Positions 12,402-24,800 of a stretch of 64,000 bases of DNA are shown piece by piece. Every line of letters begins with the position of its first letter. Position 1 is the first letter of the stretch. The position numbers and the translations under genes are program-made. This stretch comes from Aplysia californica (lineage: Eukaryota). The notes under the pieces were generated by a model. It ran no database searches, was not told the DNA's origin, and saw nothing but the letters and a program-made list of their open reading frames with translations. The DNA lies in assembly GCF_000002075.1 (NCBI RefSeq), contig NW_004798005.1:266099-330098 (forward strand), written 5' to 3'.

Positions 12402-13056
12402 AATCATTGGCTGTATTACCGCTTTCATCGCGGTCGAAAGATGCTTATGTATCACCTTACCTATGAAGACAAAGAGGATTCTGACTCTTCGAAGAGCAAA
12501 GATCACAATTGTTTCTATCTTTATCCTCATGATTTTGAGTCTTTTCTTCTTTCTACTACTCGACCAGACTGTCGTGGTTACCGGATCCAGCCAGAAACAC
12601 TTCACTACTGATAGACAAATTTTGCTGAAGAAAGAGAAATTGTGGATTCCATTGTGGTTATGAAGCAGGGCGTAATTTTGATCGCGCTTTCCTTCATCGC
12701 TGCAATATGTTGCACCATCATTCTAGTTATTAGATTGAACAGTAAGACAAAATGGCGTCAAGCCACGGCTAGCAAATGGGGTAAGTGGAAAAGAGGAGTT
12801 AGGGGCCAAAGAAAACAAGACTGTGAAAACAGTCATCCTCATCTCTACAACCTTTATATTTTTTTTAATGCCAGGGGCGGTGACTTTTCTTCTATGTTTC
12901 TGGTAACAGAATTCAAAGCCGGAGGGAAATGTGAAAACTTAAGTATTGTCGCAGCCTCATTTATGTTCAGAATAGAAATGGTTAACTCTAGTGTTAATAT
13001 TTTTCTATATGTGAACAAAGTACAGAGAAATGTTTATGAAAATCTGTAAAAGGTAA
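12402..13056 (+). pseudogene. GPCR pseudogene (gene 2), exon 3 only
   Basis: Acceptor TTTTCCACAG, then IIGCITAFIAVERCLCITLP...LNSKTKWRQATASK...VNSSVNIFLY with several frameshifts (first near 12533). No exon 1 or 2 recognisable upstream. The 3' flank is homologous to those of genes 1 and 3. Confidence 0.9.
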
Positions 13057-14399
13057 TAGACACTAGATTAAAATAACACGATCGCTCTGACAGGAATACA
13101 GACACCTGTGAAATGCTGGAAAGAAAATAATGTCGCCATGGCTGGATGAATGGCAGGGTGAAGAGCTTTTCCCTAAAGCCTGTTCATTGTAATAGCCAGC
13201 TGTTTTTGATTAAGTATGAATTCAACGGTTCTGGCAATTGCATACCATTAATCACAAGCTAACGTCAAGAAATCTCGCCCCCAAATAATAGAGGACTGAT
13301 AAAACGTATTCACTGTCAAAAGTAGCATATTGGAGGCTAGGAACTTATAAGTTAAGCTGCTTTATTTAGCATATGAAATTACCACAGCCCTCTTCTCCTG
13401 TTTTCCCCCTTTGTGCTATTTCTTTGCTCAAGTCTATCTATCTATCTTTCGATGACAAAAAGGTTAGTGTCTAAGTTAGGGATTATTCTAAAAAAAAGTT
13501 AAGACCGTGGAGATGGTAGATCGTAATATGAGAAATGAACAATGGGTGCAATCAGTCACAGGATTATAGTTATTACATGTGCTCATTATCAGTTTGTTTT
13601 GGTTTCGTGTAGATTTGGACAGAATCATCTCTCAGTGAGGAACAGAGGCCAAGAAACTACCACAGCTATGGGCGGTCTGAGCTGGAAGGAACAAATCCAC
13701 CTTTGAGAGAATCAACGGAAGGCTTGGTTTAGTGGAAATAGCCCCATGAAACAGCAGCAGAAGAAAAGCGACTTTGCTCCAAATTCAAACGCTTTGTTTG
13801 CAACTCTTTGTGACATTTGAGATGAAGTGATAGAAAATTATATTCAAAATTTAATATAGCCCAAGCTCAAAGAGTCCGTGATGTACACAAAACCAATGAC
13901 TACTATACAAAATAATAGTGAGCAGAATTAATCAAATCCACGTTTTGCGTGGTATTTGTGAGCAAACTGTTTTCTTATCTGTTTTTTATTGTCGTAATAA
14001 AGCTTTATTTATTGTAGAGGCAGACTTCTCCATCCAATGGACACGCAACGTACATTTATTCTATCAATATTGATGCACCTCAATTTTCAAAGCGTATTAC
14101 AACATGAACTGAGCTAATGGTGCGACCCGTACCACAGAAGTTAAAAAAGAAATTTGCAATATTTAAAGACAGCTTTTACTTAGTAAATCCAATCCTGAAA
14201 ATTAAAAACATCACAATGGCAACAGATGAGAGTTTTAAAGGGCTCTGTATTGTCAAACATGTTATATGGATGTGAGTGCTGGACAGCTACATCAGATAAT
14301 GAAAAAACAAAACAAAACAACAACAAAAAGGCAGCGAAAGCAGAGTTTCATGGAAGGTAAGGAAACGTTTTTTGGTAGCGCTTAACAGCAAACTCCACC

Positions 14400-15782
14400 C
14401 CGATAAGGAGTTGCAGAGATGCCCACAGTCACCATCAAAGGCAGGCTCCTGAAGTGTGAGCACTCACTGAGGTGTCTGGATATTACTTTCGACAGATCGC
14501 TCTCAGGTAAAGCTCACATAACAGGGATCGTCGCAAGAGCGAGAAAACGTCTGACTGCACTGAAAACCGTGACGTGTAACAGAATGCCACAGACAATTTT
14601 AACAATACTGTACCAGACTCTTACGCTGTCGGTGATAGACTATGGCCCCCCATCTCCTCACCTTTTCAATGCTGCAGCTGAAACGAACGCTTTGAATGAA
14701 TTCGGAATGAAGGTATGCAGACTGTTCTCGGATGCACACGAGACACACCCTGCGAGGCTATGCGCTCTCTCCTGGACCTTTCAGACATGGTAGAACGTCA
14801 CAAGATTGCTCAGAGGAAAGTGTTTCTGAGAGTCAGAGCCGAGGATCAGCACCCACTACACGACAACGTGGGAAGAATGGTACGCACACGTCTGCTTAGA
14901 GAGACTGAATAAAGTAGCGATGACCTTGGCTAAATGCTACGACGTGCAAGATATCCGAAGGGGCAGTGAATGAGTTTGCGTCACTGACAAACTTGGGCGG
15001 TATACTCGAGTGGTAGCAACCTTAGGCAGAGAATGTCGTGAGAAGCCAAAGGGGGCAGCCAATGCAGAAGTAGAGGCCATGATAGAGAACAGTGAATAGG
15101 ACGACGTTGTCATATACACAGATGGATCAGTAAAAGTTGAGGTCAAATCTGGATGGGCTCTCAGCGCCCGAGTAAACAGTACCATATAGAAAGGGCATTC
15201 AGGTGCAAAAATCATAGCAACGAAGATCATGTCTAGGGAGACGAAAGCCATCACAGAAGCTCTAAACTGGATTAAGGCGACCAAGCATCAATCTGCCATC
15301 ATCGTCATTGACTCAATACCTTGAAAAGGTGAAGAAGCACTTGTATGCAGACTGGCGAGAGGCTATACGAAGCAACAGACTCACAAAGATTGCATGGATG
15401 TTTAACCCTAGTCATGCAGAGGTTCGAGACAATGAACGAGCTGATAAGCAGGCCAGTCAGGTTGAGATTGGCAGCACCATGTCACTCGATCCACCAAAGG
15501 TCATGGCACCACTGACAGCTCGGGCCAACAACCATTGAGACGACGAAGGCTCCACATTACACACAATGGAAAGACTAAGGGAAGCTGGTGTCTCAAGAGG
15601 GTCAGGGAGAGACAGCAACCTGCGTGAAAAAGCCAGAAGAATATCAAACCAGCTGATAACTTGCACGATCAGCAAACCAACCTTTTCTTGGATCCAGGAG
15701 ACGAATGGGAGCAGCTATGACTTTTCACCGTCCGCAATGATACCTATTTATTCTCAACCAAGTAAGTAGGTAATAAGTAAGG
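14400..15782 (+). mobile_element. Decayed RNase-H-bearing LINE (I group, Ingi/Nimb-like), 3' part
   Basis: LRCLDITFDRSLS (RT thumb), VIYTDGSVK and HAEVRDNERADKQA (RNase H), stops and frameshifts, (AAGT)n tail at about 15760-15781. Confidence 0.8.
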
Positions 15783-15969
15783 ATAGTGCTCAAGGTAACC
15801 CACATGGAGCGCCCACTCAGATTACAAAAAGAACAACAAAACACCATCAGCATCAACAACAACAACAATAACAAAAACAAAAACAAACAAAGAAGCCCAA
15901 AAACAGGAACAGACCATTGCAGTATCTGGGACACTTGAATCGACATAAAAGTCTTGGACATCTTGATCT

Positions 15970-16340
15970 CATTTTAGAAACAGGAGGTAAAAGAGGCGGA
16001 CATACCGTTCAAAAATTGTCCGACAAGCCTCCTTCTACAAACTTAATGATCTTCTGTCACTTGTTTCGGCACCCAGCGAGCCGAATCTGTACGAAATCCG
16101 AACTTTTCACACAAATTCCCTCACAAACCAAAGCATCAACACCTGCAATGTTCTTGTCTGTCACAGAAGACTGGGGACGTCCACGTCCTGGATCATCTTC
16201 AAGATTTGAACTCCCTTTTTTGAATACGCGACAGTGTTGATAAACCTGTTTTCCTGCTCTGTAGATCTTTGCTGCAAACATTAAAAAGTTCAAGACAAAT
16301 TTCAGTTGAATTTCTATATTTCCAGTATAGCTTTTTAAAT
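15970..16340 (-). mobile_element. mariner transposase N-terminal relic
   Basis: FKKGSSNLEDDPGRGRPQSSVTDKNIAGVDALV matches the mariner GRPR/AT-hook region. Paralog at about 56590-57000. Confidence 0.7.
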
Positions 16341-16553
16341 GTTCTTAAGCTTTGTAGATGGTGGGGTAAAAATATTATGCTCAAAAAGAAAATAATAGAT
16401 AGTCTCAAATCAGCAGTCGTGAAAGAAGAACAAAATGCATATTGGCAAGGAATTATATAAAATGTACATAGGAAGTATTAAAAAGTCGAAAGGAGTAAAC
16501 AAAAGTGACAATGAACTGTAGTTCGTTTTTTTCTTCATGCACATGTACTGATA

Positions 16554-16560
16554 TCATCAC

Positions 16561-16636
<76 letters not shown>
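16554..16636. repeat. (CAT)n microsatellite
   Basis: Directly visible. Homologous tracts at 29170-29250 and 57178-57255. Confidence 0.95.
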
Positions 16637-16637
<1 letters not shown>

Positions 16638-17860
16638 ATCTCATCAATACCTCTTTCGACCTGAATCAGGGTATAAGTCACAAATAAATGCTTCTTTGTT
16701 TCCCTTATGTCGTGCTAGCTTCTATCTCGGGCTAGATCTAGAATGAAACAGCCGATTTAATAGAAAAAGAAACATCTCGATCAGAACAGCCTGAAAAAAG
16801 GACAAATTATGAGCGTACTTGGAGGTTAAATCTGTCATCAAATTATGACCAGACGCAATGTTATAGCCACCCTGACCCCTACTACCTTTGCTCCCGTCAA
16901 AATCAGGTTGTTCTTTTCAGACTCAGAGCAGGAAAAGACATCATCTCTACACATAGTTTAGGATCGGCAACTTATAACAGTGTTTATGCGAAACCGTCAG
17001 CCAAACAGCAAATCATAAAAGCGAGAGAGCCACTAGACGCCAGAATCCTTCTGTTTTCTTAAATATCACGTGGGATCCCACTGTACTGGACAAATAATTT
17101 ATTATCTGTCTTATCTATATTTGTTGGAGATTTAAAGTCAAACAAAAATTCTCCTAACAGAAATCACAAAGAAACAAAAAAATATTTAGAAACAACCAAA
17201 CAAAAGAAAACCAAAGGACATGTCGGAAAAATTCTCCTGATGTCCGTTTTCAATTATGAATCAATTAAGTTTTACATGTTACCTCTCGCAAAACACATGG
17301 AAAGCGTCAACTTTCGACTTTCGTTTATTTCCGTTGTCTACCTCTGCTGGACAAAATAATATGATATTTATGGTAGATTTAAATCGTATTTTACAACAAA
17401 AGAATTGAACCTGGTGTTCAGATAATAAAGTGCACGGGGAGTACCGATTTGATTTACTACGTAGGTCACATCCGGTTTAATGGCGGCTGAGGTCAGTCGC
17501 TGTTTCTTAGCTCCTGTGTTATCGGTGATTTTGATACGGATTTCAGTGGAGAAAAGTGGTTGTAAGTGGTGGTAAGAGGTATCATTCGTATACTCAAGTA
17601 AGTTTTGATATTTTTGTTGTAATTTGTGCACTGTATACTGTCTTTTCTACTGTCTGCATAATTTTTTCTTCTCAGTGAACCTTGCTTCGAGCACGGTTTC
17701 ATTGTTGTTTTTTCTATTCCTTCTCGCCTGGCTATCGCGCTGTGTTTTTTTCACTCCCTATCTCACTCTTACTCTTACTTGTTCTTTTCTGTATCCTGAT
17801 ATTACAGTTTCCTTGTTTTAATCATTCTTCTTAGGAATAACCGTCTACTGCTAAGTGAAC

Positions 17861-18804
17861 ATGATGGCAAAAAATAACAGTGAATCTGTCCCAGCCTGTT
17901 TTTTCTTTGCAGAGCATATTGACCGCTCTGTCACAGGCTACCAAATATGTAAGGCCTGTGAGCAAGTTGTCGGCGAGGGAAGTATTATCGGAGCCCAAAA
18001 GCTCTATGGACTGTGGAGGATATACCCTGCTACGGTTCAGGCAAGAAACCAACTAATCATTAAGGGCATCATAATTAACAAAATGTTTGTCGCTATCCTC
18101 AGCGCCAGCCCGACGGTGACGAAAGGAACCAAGGACTCCCCCACATTGAAAGTCATCATTGGTAACATACCGTTGTCAGTGTCCAATGATGAAATAGGAA
18201 AAGAGTTTAAGAAACTAGAGGGAGTGGCCATTCTTTCAAAGTTTTATGAAGAATGTTATAGGGACAACGAAGGAAAGTTGACCTTGTTTAAATCTGGTAG
18301 ACGTTTTGTCTACATTAATGTCCCCCCTCACCCTCTCCCCAAAGATTTTCAGGTTGGACACTGGAGGCCAACGTTGTATCACTACGGCCAGAAAGAAAAA
18401 AAAGAGACGATGGGACCAATACAACCGGTGGAGATCAGCCCGCCCCCGACACCAATGTTCAAGCGACAATCCGTGAGGCTAACGCTGACACACAGGCGGA
18501 GACACAGGCAGAGACACACACCCTGCGTGCTGTAAGGCAAACAAATATGGACTCTTTTTTCCCGCAGCCTGACCGCTCCCGCCCCCCAGTACGCTCACCC
18601 CGAAGCCAGGACACAAGGTCTCCAAGTGTCAAGACGAGGAGACATAAAAGACAGGTGAGCGACGAGCCAGCTCGGTCACCGAGCGTGAAAGCTCGAAAAC
18701 AGGAGGTGAGTGGCACGAGAAAAAGGCAAGATACGGTAGATTATTTTGATTATGAGGAGCCAGTGACTACCGAAACGTGTGAGCACGAAGAGGTCGGTGC
18801 GTGA
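17861..18804 (+). CDS. Tx1-like ORF1 (RNA-binding), interrupted by a -1 frameshift near 18396-18403
   Basis: Frame 1 gives GAQKLYGLWRIYP...KVIIGNIPLSVSNDEI...SGRRFVYI...YHYGQK. The -1 frame is open from the A8 run to TGA at 18804 and is RS-rich. The joined product is about 314 aa. Confidence 0.8.
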
Positions 18805-18891
18805 GTGGTGTGTCCACGTTTCGGTAGCCATTGGTAACGACTTGGACAGGTAAAAGGACTTTGAGTTTGGTTTTGCGTCTGACTGTTTTGG

Positions 18892-21800
18892 ATGTCTATA
18901 AAAATTGCCTCCCTTAATTGTCGGGGCCTCAACAAAAAACTAAAAAGAAGAGCAATATTCCGTAAATGTACACAGTATGACATAATTTGTTTGCAAGAGA
19001 CTTATGTCACCAATACTACTGCACGTGAGTGGAGTTTAGAATGGTCTGGGGATTTCTTTTATAGTGAAGGGACAAACAAAAGCAAAGGGCAAATTATATT
19101 AGTTAATAAACACTTTAAGTATAAAACAGTGGAATTATGTATAAAAACTGAGAGAATACTTGGGTTGTCTTTCAGTATTGATGATGTTTCATACGTAGCA
19201 ATTAATGTATATGGTCCAGTAGTTAAAAATGATAAATTGGATTTCATTGATAAGCTCTACTCTGTTCTTAAAGATGAAAAGGCAGACCACACGATCATAT
19301 GTGGAGATTTCAATGTTGTTCATAACAATACCCTTGATATTGTGACAGGAGAGAAACACGACGACATGTCCACACAAAAATTCAGGGACTGGATCGCCAA
19401 CTGTCAGATCGTTGATACCTGGCGGGGTGTGCACGGTGAAGAAAAGGATTTCACCTGGTCCAGGCCTACACCCTTTACAGCACGGCGGCTGGACTACATA
19501 TTTTGTAATACTAAGTTATTTCCCTTTGTTATAGACTCTAAACACACATTTGTATATGGTACGGATCATAAAGCAGTCATAACTACTGTTCGAACTGAAC
19601 AATTTAAAAGGGGGCCTTCATACTGGAAATTTAATAATTCATTACTAAAAGACAAAGAGTACGTTAACTCAATGGAGAAATGCATAGACGAATATTTAGA
19701 ACGGACTTTAGATGAAACAGATAAAACCATAAGATGGGAACTTTTGAAAGTCATGATAAAGTCACATACAATTGACTATTGTATTAGAAAGTGCAGAGCA
19801 CTCAAACTAAGGGAAATTCTAATAACGGAAGAACTTTTGAAATTAAATGATCAAGTAGTGAAAACCCCCCATGACCTTACATTGCTTAAACAGTTTGAAG
19901 CCAAAAAGAAAGAATTAGAAATATATCAACTACATAAGGCCAGGGGAGCACAAATACGATCAAGACAAAAATGGATTGAGGAAGGGGAAAAGAATACGAA
20001 ATACTTTCTTCGGATGGAACAAATGAGAGGTGGTAGTAATGTTATAACTTCTTTACAGGATGACAAAAACAACAATCTGTATGGTCATGTAGATATTGTG
20101 GATAGCATTAAAAATCACTTTGAACGTTTATATAAGAAAGACCATAATATTGAAACAAACAAAGTTGATGATTTCATGCAAGGATGTAGCTTTCCAGTAC
20201 TCGATGATGTTGATAAAGAAATATGTGATAGCGAACTAAGCATTGTTGAATTAGATGCCATTGTTAATAAGTTGAATATTGATTCAGCACCTGGAATCGA
20301 TGGAATTACCACCCCTTTTTACAAATTTTTCTGGAGCAAACTGAGGAAACCTTTATTTACAAACTTCCAGCAGTGTCTAGAGACGGGAGAGTTATCTCCC
20401 ACTCAAAGAAGAGGCGTTATTTCTTTATTACATAAAGGGAAAAATTTACGAAGGGACAATATAAAGAACTGGAGACCGATAACGTTAACAAACACGGACT
20501 ACAAAATCTTCTCCAAAATATTAGCTATACGGCTACAGCGTGTTATGCCAATTTTAATAAATGAAAACCAAACTGGCTTCTTGAAAGGCAGGTCCATTTC
20601 GGAGCACATTAGGACACTTGACGACATTATCTACGTAGCATCTGAAAAAAATCTACCAGGTATGGTGGTATCTCTGGATTTTCAACGCGCATTCGACACT
20701 GTAGAAAAGGGAACAATATTGGCCACATTGAAAAAGTTTAACTTTGGAGAAGGATTTATAAATATGGTGGGAGTTTTAATGGCTAACACAGAATGTTGTG
20801 TACAAAATGGGGGATGGTTGTCAGAATGGCTCAACACAGAGCGAGGAATAAAACAAGGTTGCTGCACAAGTCCACTTCTTTTTGTACTTGTTGCTGAGTT
20901 GATGTCAATAAAGTTAAGAAACAATAGCAGCATATCTGGAATGAGCACAATTTTGTCAGGGGAAATAATTAATTTTTGCAAAGTTTTGCAGTATGCTGAT
21001 GACACCACTCTGATTCTAAAAGACCAAGAAGACCTTGCTTCAGCCTTGTTGGACATCGATTCTTTTGGTAGCATCTCTGGGCTCAGGCTGAACAAGGATA
21101 AATCACAAGGTATGTGGATTGGAAGTGATAGAACACGCACTGAAAAATTAGGAGGAATCAGTTGGGTCCCTAATGGGAATACAATTAAGATACTAGGTAT
21201 TCACTTTAGTGCAACAGAGGAAGCATCTCGCATAGAACTTAATTGGATAGACAAAATAGAAAATATGAAAAATATCATGAAAATGTGGATGAAAAGGAAT
21301 CCATCCCTATATGGGAAAGTAATTATTTGTAAAACCTTTCTGCTGTCTCAAATATCCTATATAATTCAGTCACTATCTTTACCCGAAAGAGTTTTGAATA
21401 CAATTGATACTTTGTTCTTTAAGTTTCTGTGGCAGAAGAGGCACTCAAACAAGAAAGCACGCGAGAAAGTAAAAAGAACGGTAATGTGTAGATCGATTGA
21501 GGAAGGAGGTTTGGGTGTTATAAGTGTTAAAGATCAACAGAAAGTTTTTCTATTAAATTGGTTAAAACGTATGGCAACTGTTACCGAAGGCAGACCCAAC
21601 AATATTCCCAACAGAATTTCAGACTTAGCTTTTACGGAGGTAGGAGGGTGTGATTACTTTTTTTCGGCTACAGCAAACTGCAAGAAAACGGGAAAATTGT
21701 GTCATGCCTCTAAGTTCTGGGAGAGTGTGATGGATACATGGATCGAAATGGCTTCTATAAAAAAAGAACCAAGCTCCACGATAGAGATACTTATGGAACC

Positions 21801-24800
21801 TTTGTTCAATAACCGAAACATAAAATATAAAGGAAAATCATTGTACCTAAAAAGATGGATGAACTCGGGTATAAAATATGTATATCATCTGTATGATAGG
21901 AGAATATTAAAAAGTAAGGAGGAATTGTCTCATATCACAGGGACATATGCTGCCTTTGATTTTGACTATTATGCGTTGATGAATGCTCTTCCTACACAGT
22001 GGAAGCAAGACGTCAGTGACAACAACACCGAGGAACTTTTGGTAAATACCAGAGAGGTAATAAATACGAATGGTAAGAAAACTGTTCTAGAGATACTGAG
22101 CAAATCGAACAGAGAGATCAGACAACTTCTAAAATACAGAAGACATGCAGAAATTTGTGGTCGGAATTTTTGGATGAGAAAAATGAACATTGACATAACA
22201 TGTAAATACAACATAGCACACAGGTCAACGAAAGAATCTCGACTTAGATTATTGCATTTTAAAATCCTCCATAACATCTTCCCAAGTAACATTCTACTCA
22301 ATCGCCTAGGCATTAAAAATACTGAACTATGTGAGCACTGTGGTGTCAAAGACGTTATTGAGCACATGTTTATTCATTGTACCTTATTAAAAAACTTCTG
22401 GAAATACGTATTTCATACGATTTGTCTCAAAACTTCCTCCCGTTTTCCCATGACTGACTGTAACATACTTTTTGGTTTCAGTGAACGAGGGCAAGAGTGG
22501 AGTTTAGAATGGTCTGGGGATTTCTTTTATAGTGAAGGGACAAACAAAAGCAAAGGGCAAATTATATTAGTTAATAAACACTTTAAGTATAAAACAGTGG
22601 AATTATGTATAAAAACTGAGAGAATACTTGGGTTGTCTTTCAGTATTGATGATGTTTCATACGTAGCAATTAATGTATATGGTCCAGTAGTTAAAAATGA
22701 TAAATTGGATTTCATTGATAAGCTCTACTCTGTTCTTAAAGATGAAAAGGCAGACCACACGATCATATGTGGAGATTTCAATGTTGTTCATAACAATACC
22801 CTTGATATTGTGACAGGAGAGAAACACGACGACATGTCCACACAAAAATTCAGGGACTGGATCGCCAACTGTCAGATCGTTGATACCTGGCGGGGTGTGC
22901 ACGGTGAAGAAAAGGATTTCACCTGGTCCAGGCCTACACCCTTTACAGCACGGCGGCTGGACTACATATTTTGTAATACTAAGTTATTTCCCTTTGTTAT
23001 AGACTCTAAACACACATTTGTATATGGTACGGATCATAAAGCAGTCATAACTACTGTTCGAACTGAACAATTTAAAAGGGGGCCTTCATACTGGAAATTT
23101 AATAATTCATTACTAAAAGACAAAGAGTACGTTAACTCAATGGAGAAATGCATAGACGAATATTTAGAACGGACTTTAGATGAAACAGATAAAACCATAA
23201 GATGGGAACTTTTGAAAGTCATGATAAAGTCACATACAATTGACTATTGTATTAGAAAGTGCAGAGCACTCAAACTAAGGGAAATTCTAATAACGGAAGA
23301 ACTTTTGAAATTAAATGATCAAGTAGTGAAAACCCCCCATGACCTTACATTGCTTAAACAGTTTGAAGCCAAAAAGAAAGAATTAGAAATATATCAACTA
23401 CATAAGGCCAGGGGAGCACAAATACGATCAAGACAAAAATGGATTGAGGAAGGGGAAAAGAATACGAAATACTTTCTTCGGATGGAACAAATGAGAGGTG
23501 GTAGTAATGTTATAACTTCTTTACAGGATGACAAAAACAACAATCTGTATGGTCATGTAGATATTGTGGATAGCATTAAAAATCACTTTGAACGTTTATA
23601 TAAGAAAGACCATAATATTGAAACAAACAAAGTTGATGATTTCATGCAAGGATGTAGCTTTCCAGTACTCGATGATGTTGATAAAGAAATATGTGATAGC
23701 GAACTAAGCATTGTTGAATTAGATGCCATTGTTAATAAGTTGAATATTGATTCAGCACCTGGAATCGATGGAATTACCACCCCTTTTTACAAATTTTTCT
23801 GGAGCAAACTGAGGAAACCTTTATTTACAAACTTCCAGCAGTGTCTAGAGACGGGAGAGTTATCTCCCACTCAAAGAAGAGGCGTTATTTCTTTATTACA
23901 TAAAGGGAAAAATTTACGAAGGGACAATATAAAGAACTGGAGACCGATAACGTTAACAAACACGGACTACAAAATCTTCTCCAAAATATTAGCTATACGG
24001 CTACAGCGTGTTATGCCAATTTTAATAAATGAAAACCAAACTGGCTTCTTGAAAGGCAGGTCCATTTCGGAGCACATTAGGACACTTGACGACATTATCT
24101 ACGTAGCATCTGAAAAAAATCTACCAGGTATGGTGGTATCTCTGGATTTTCAACGCGCATTCGACACTGTAGAAAAGGGAACAATATTGGCCACATTGAA
24201 AAAGTTTAACTTTGGAGAAGGATTTATAAATATGGTGGGAGTTTTAATGGCTAACACAGAATGTTGTGTACAAAATGGGGGATGGTTGTCAGAATGGCTC
24301 AACACAGAGCGAGGAATAAAACAAGGTTGCTGCACAAGTCCACTTCTTTTTGTACTTGTTGCTGAGTTGATGTCAATAAAGTTAAGAAACAATAGCAGCA
24401 TATCTGGAATGAGCACAATTTTGTCAGGGGAAATAATTAATTTTTGCAAAGTTTTGCAGTATGCTGATGACACCACTCTGATTCTAAAAGACCAAGAAGA
24501 CCTTGCTTCAGCCTTGTTGGACATCGATTCTTTTGGTAGCATCTCTGGGCTCAGGCTGAACAAGGATAAATCACAAGGTATGTGGATTGGAAGTGATAGA
24601 ACACGCACTGAAAAATTAGGAGGAATCAGTTGGGTCCCTAATGGGAATACAATTAAGATACTAGGTATTCACTTTAGTGCAACAGAGGAAGCATCTCGCA
24701 TAGAACTTAATTGGATAGACAAAATAGAAAATATGAAAAATATCATGAAAATGTGGATGAAAAGGAATCCATCCCTATATGGGAAAGTAATTATTTGTAA

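Noticed and set aside
22485-22505. Back-spliced circular RNA origin for the ORF2 duplication
   Set aside because: The unit end resembles a donor (AAG|GTGTAA) but the unit start at 19027/19028 is not preceded by AG.
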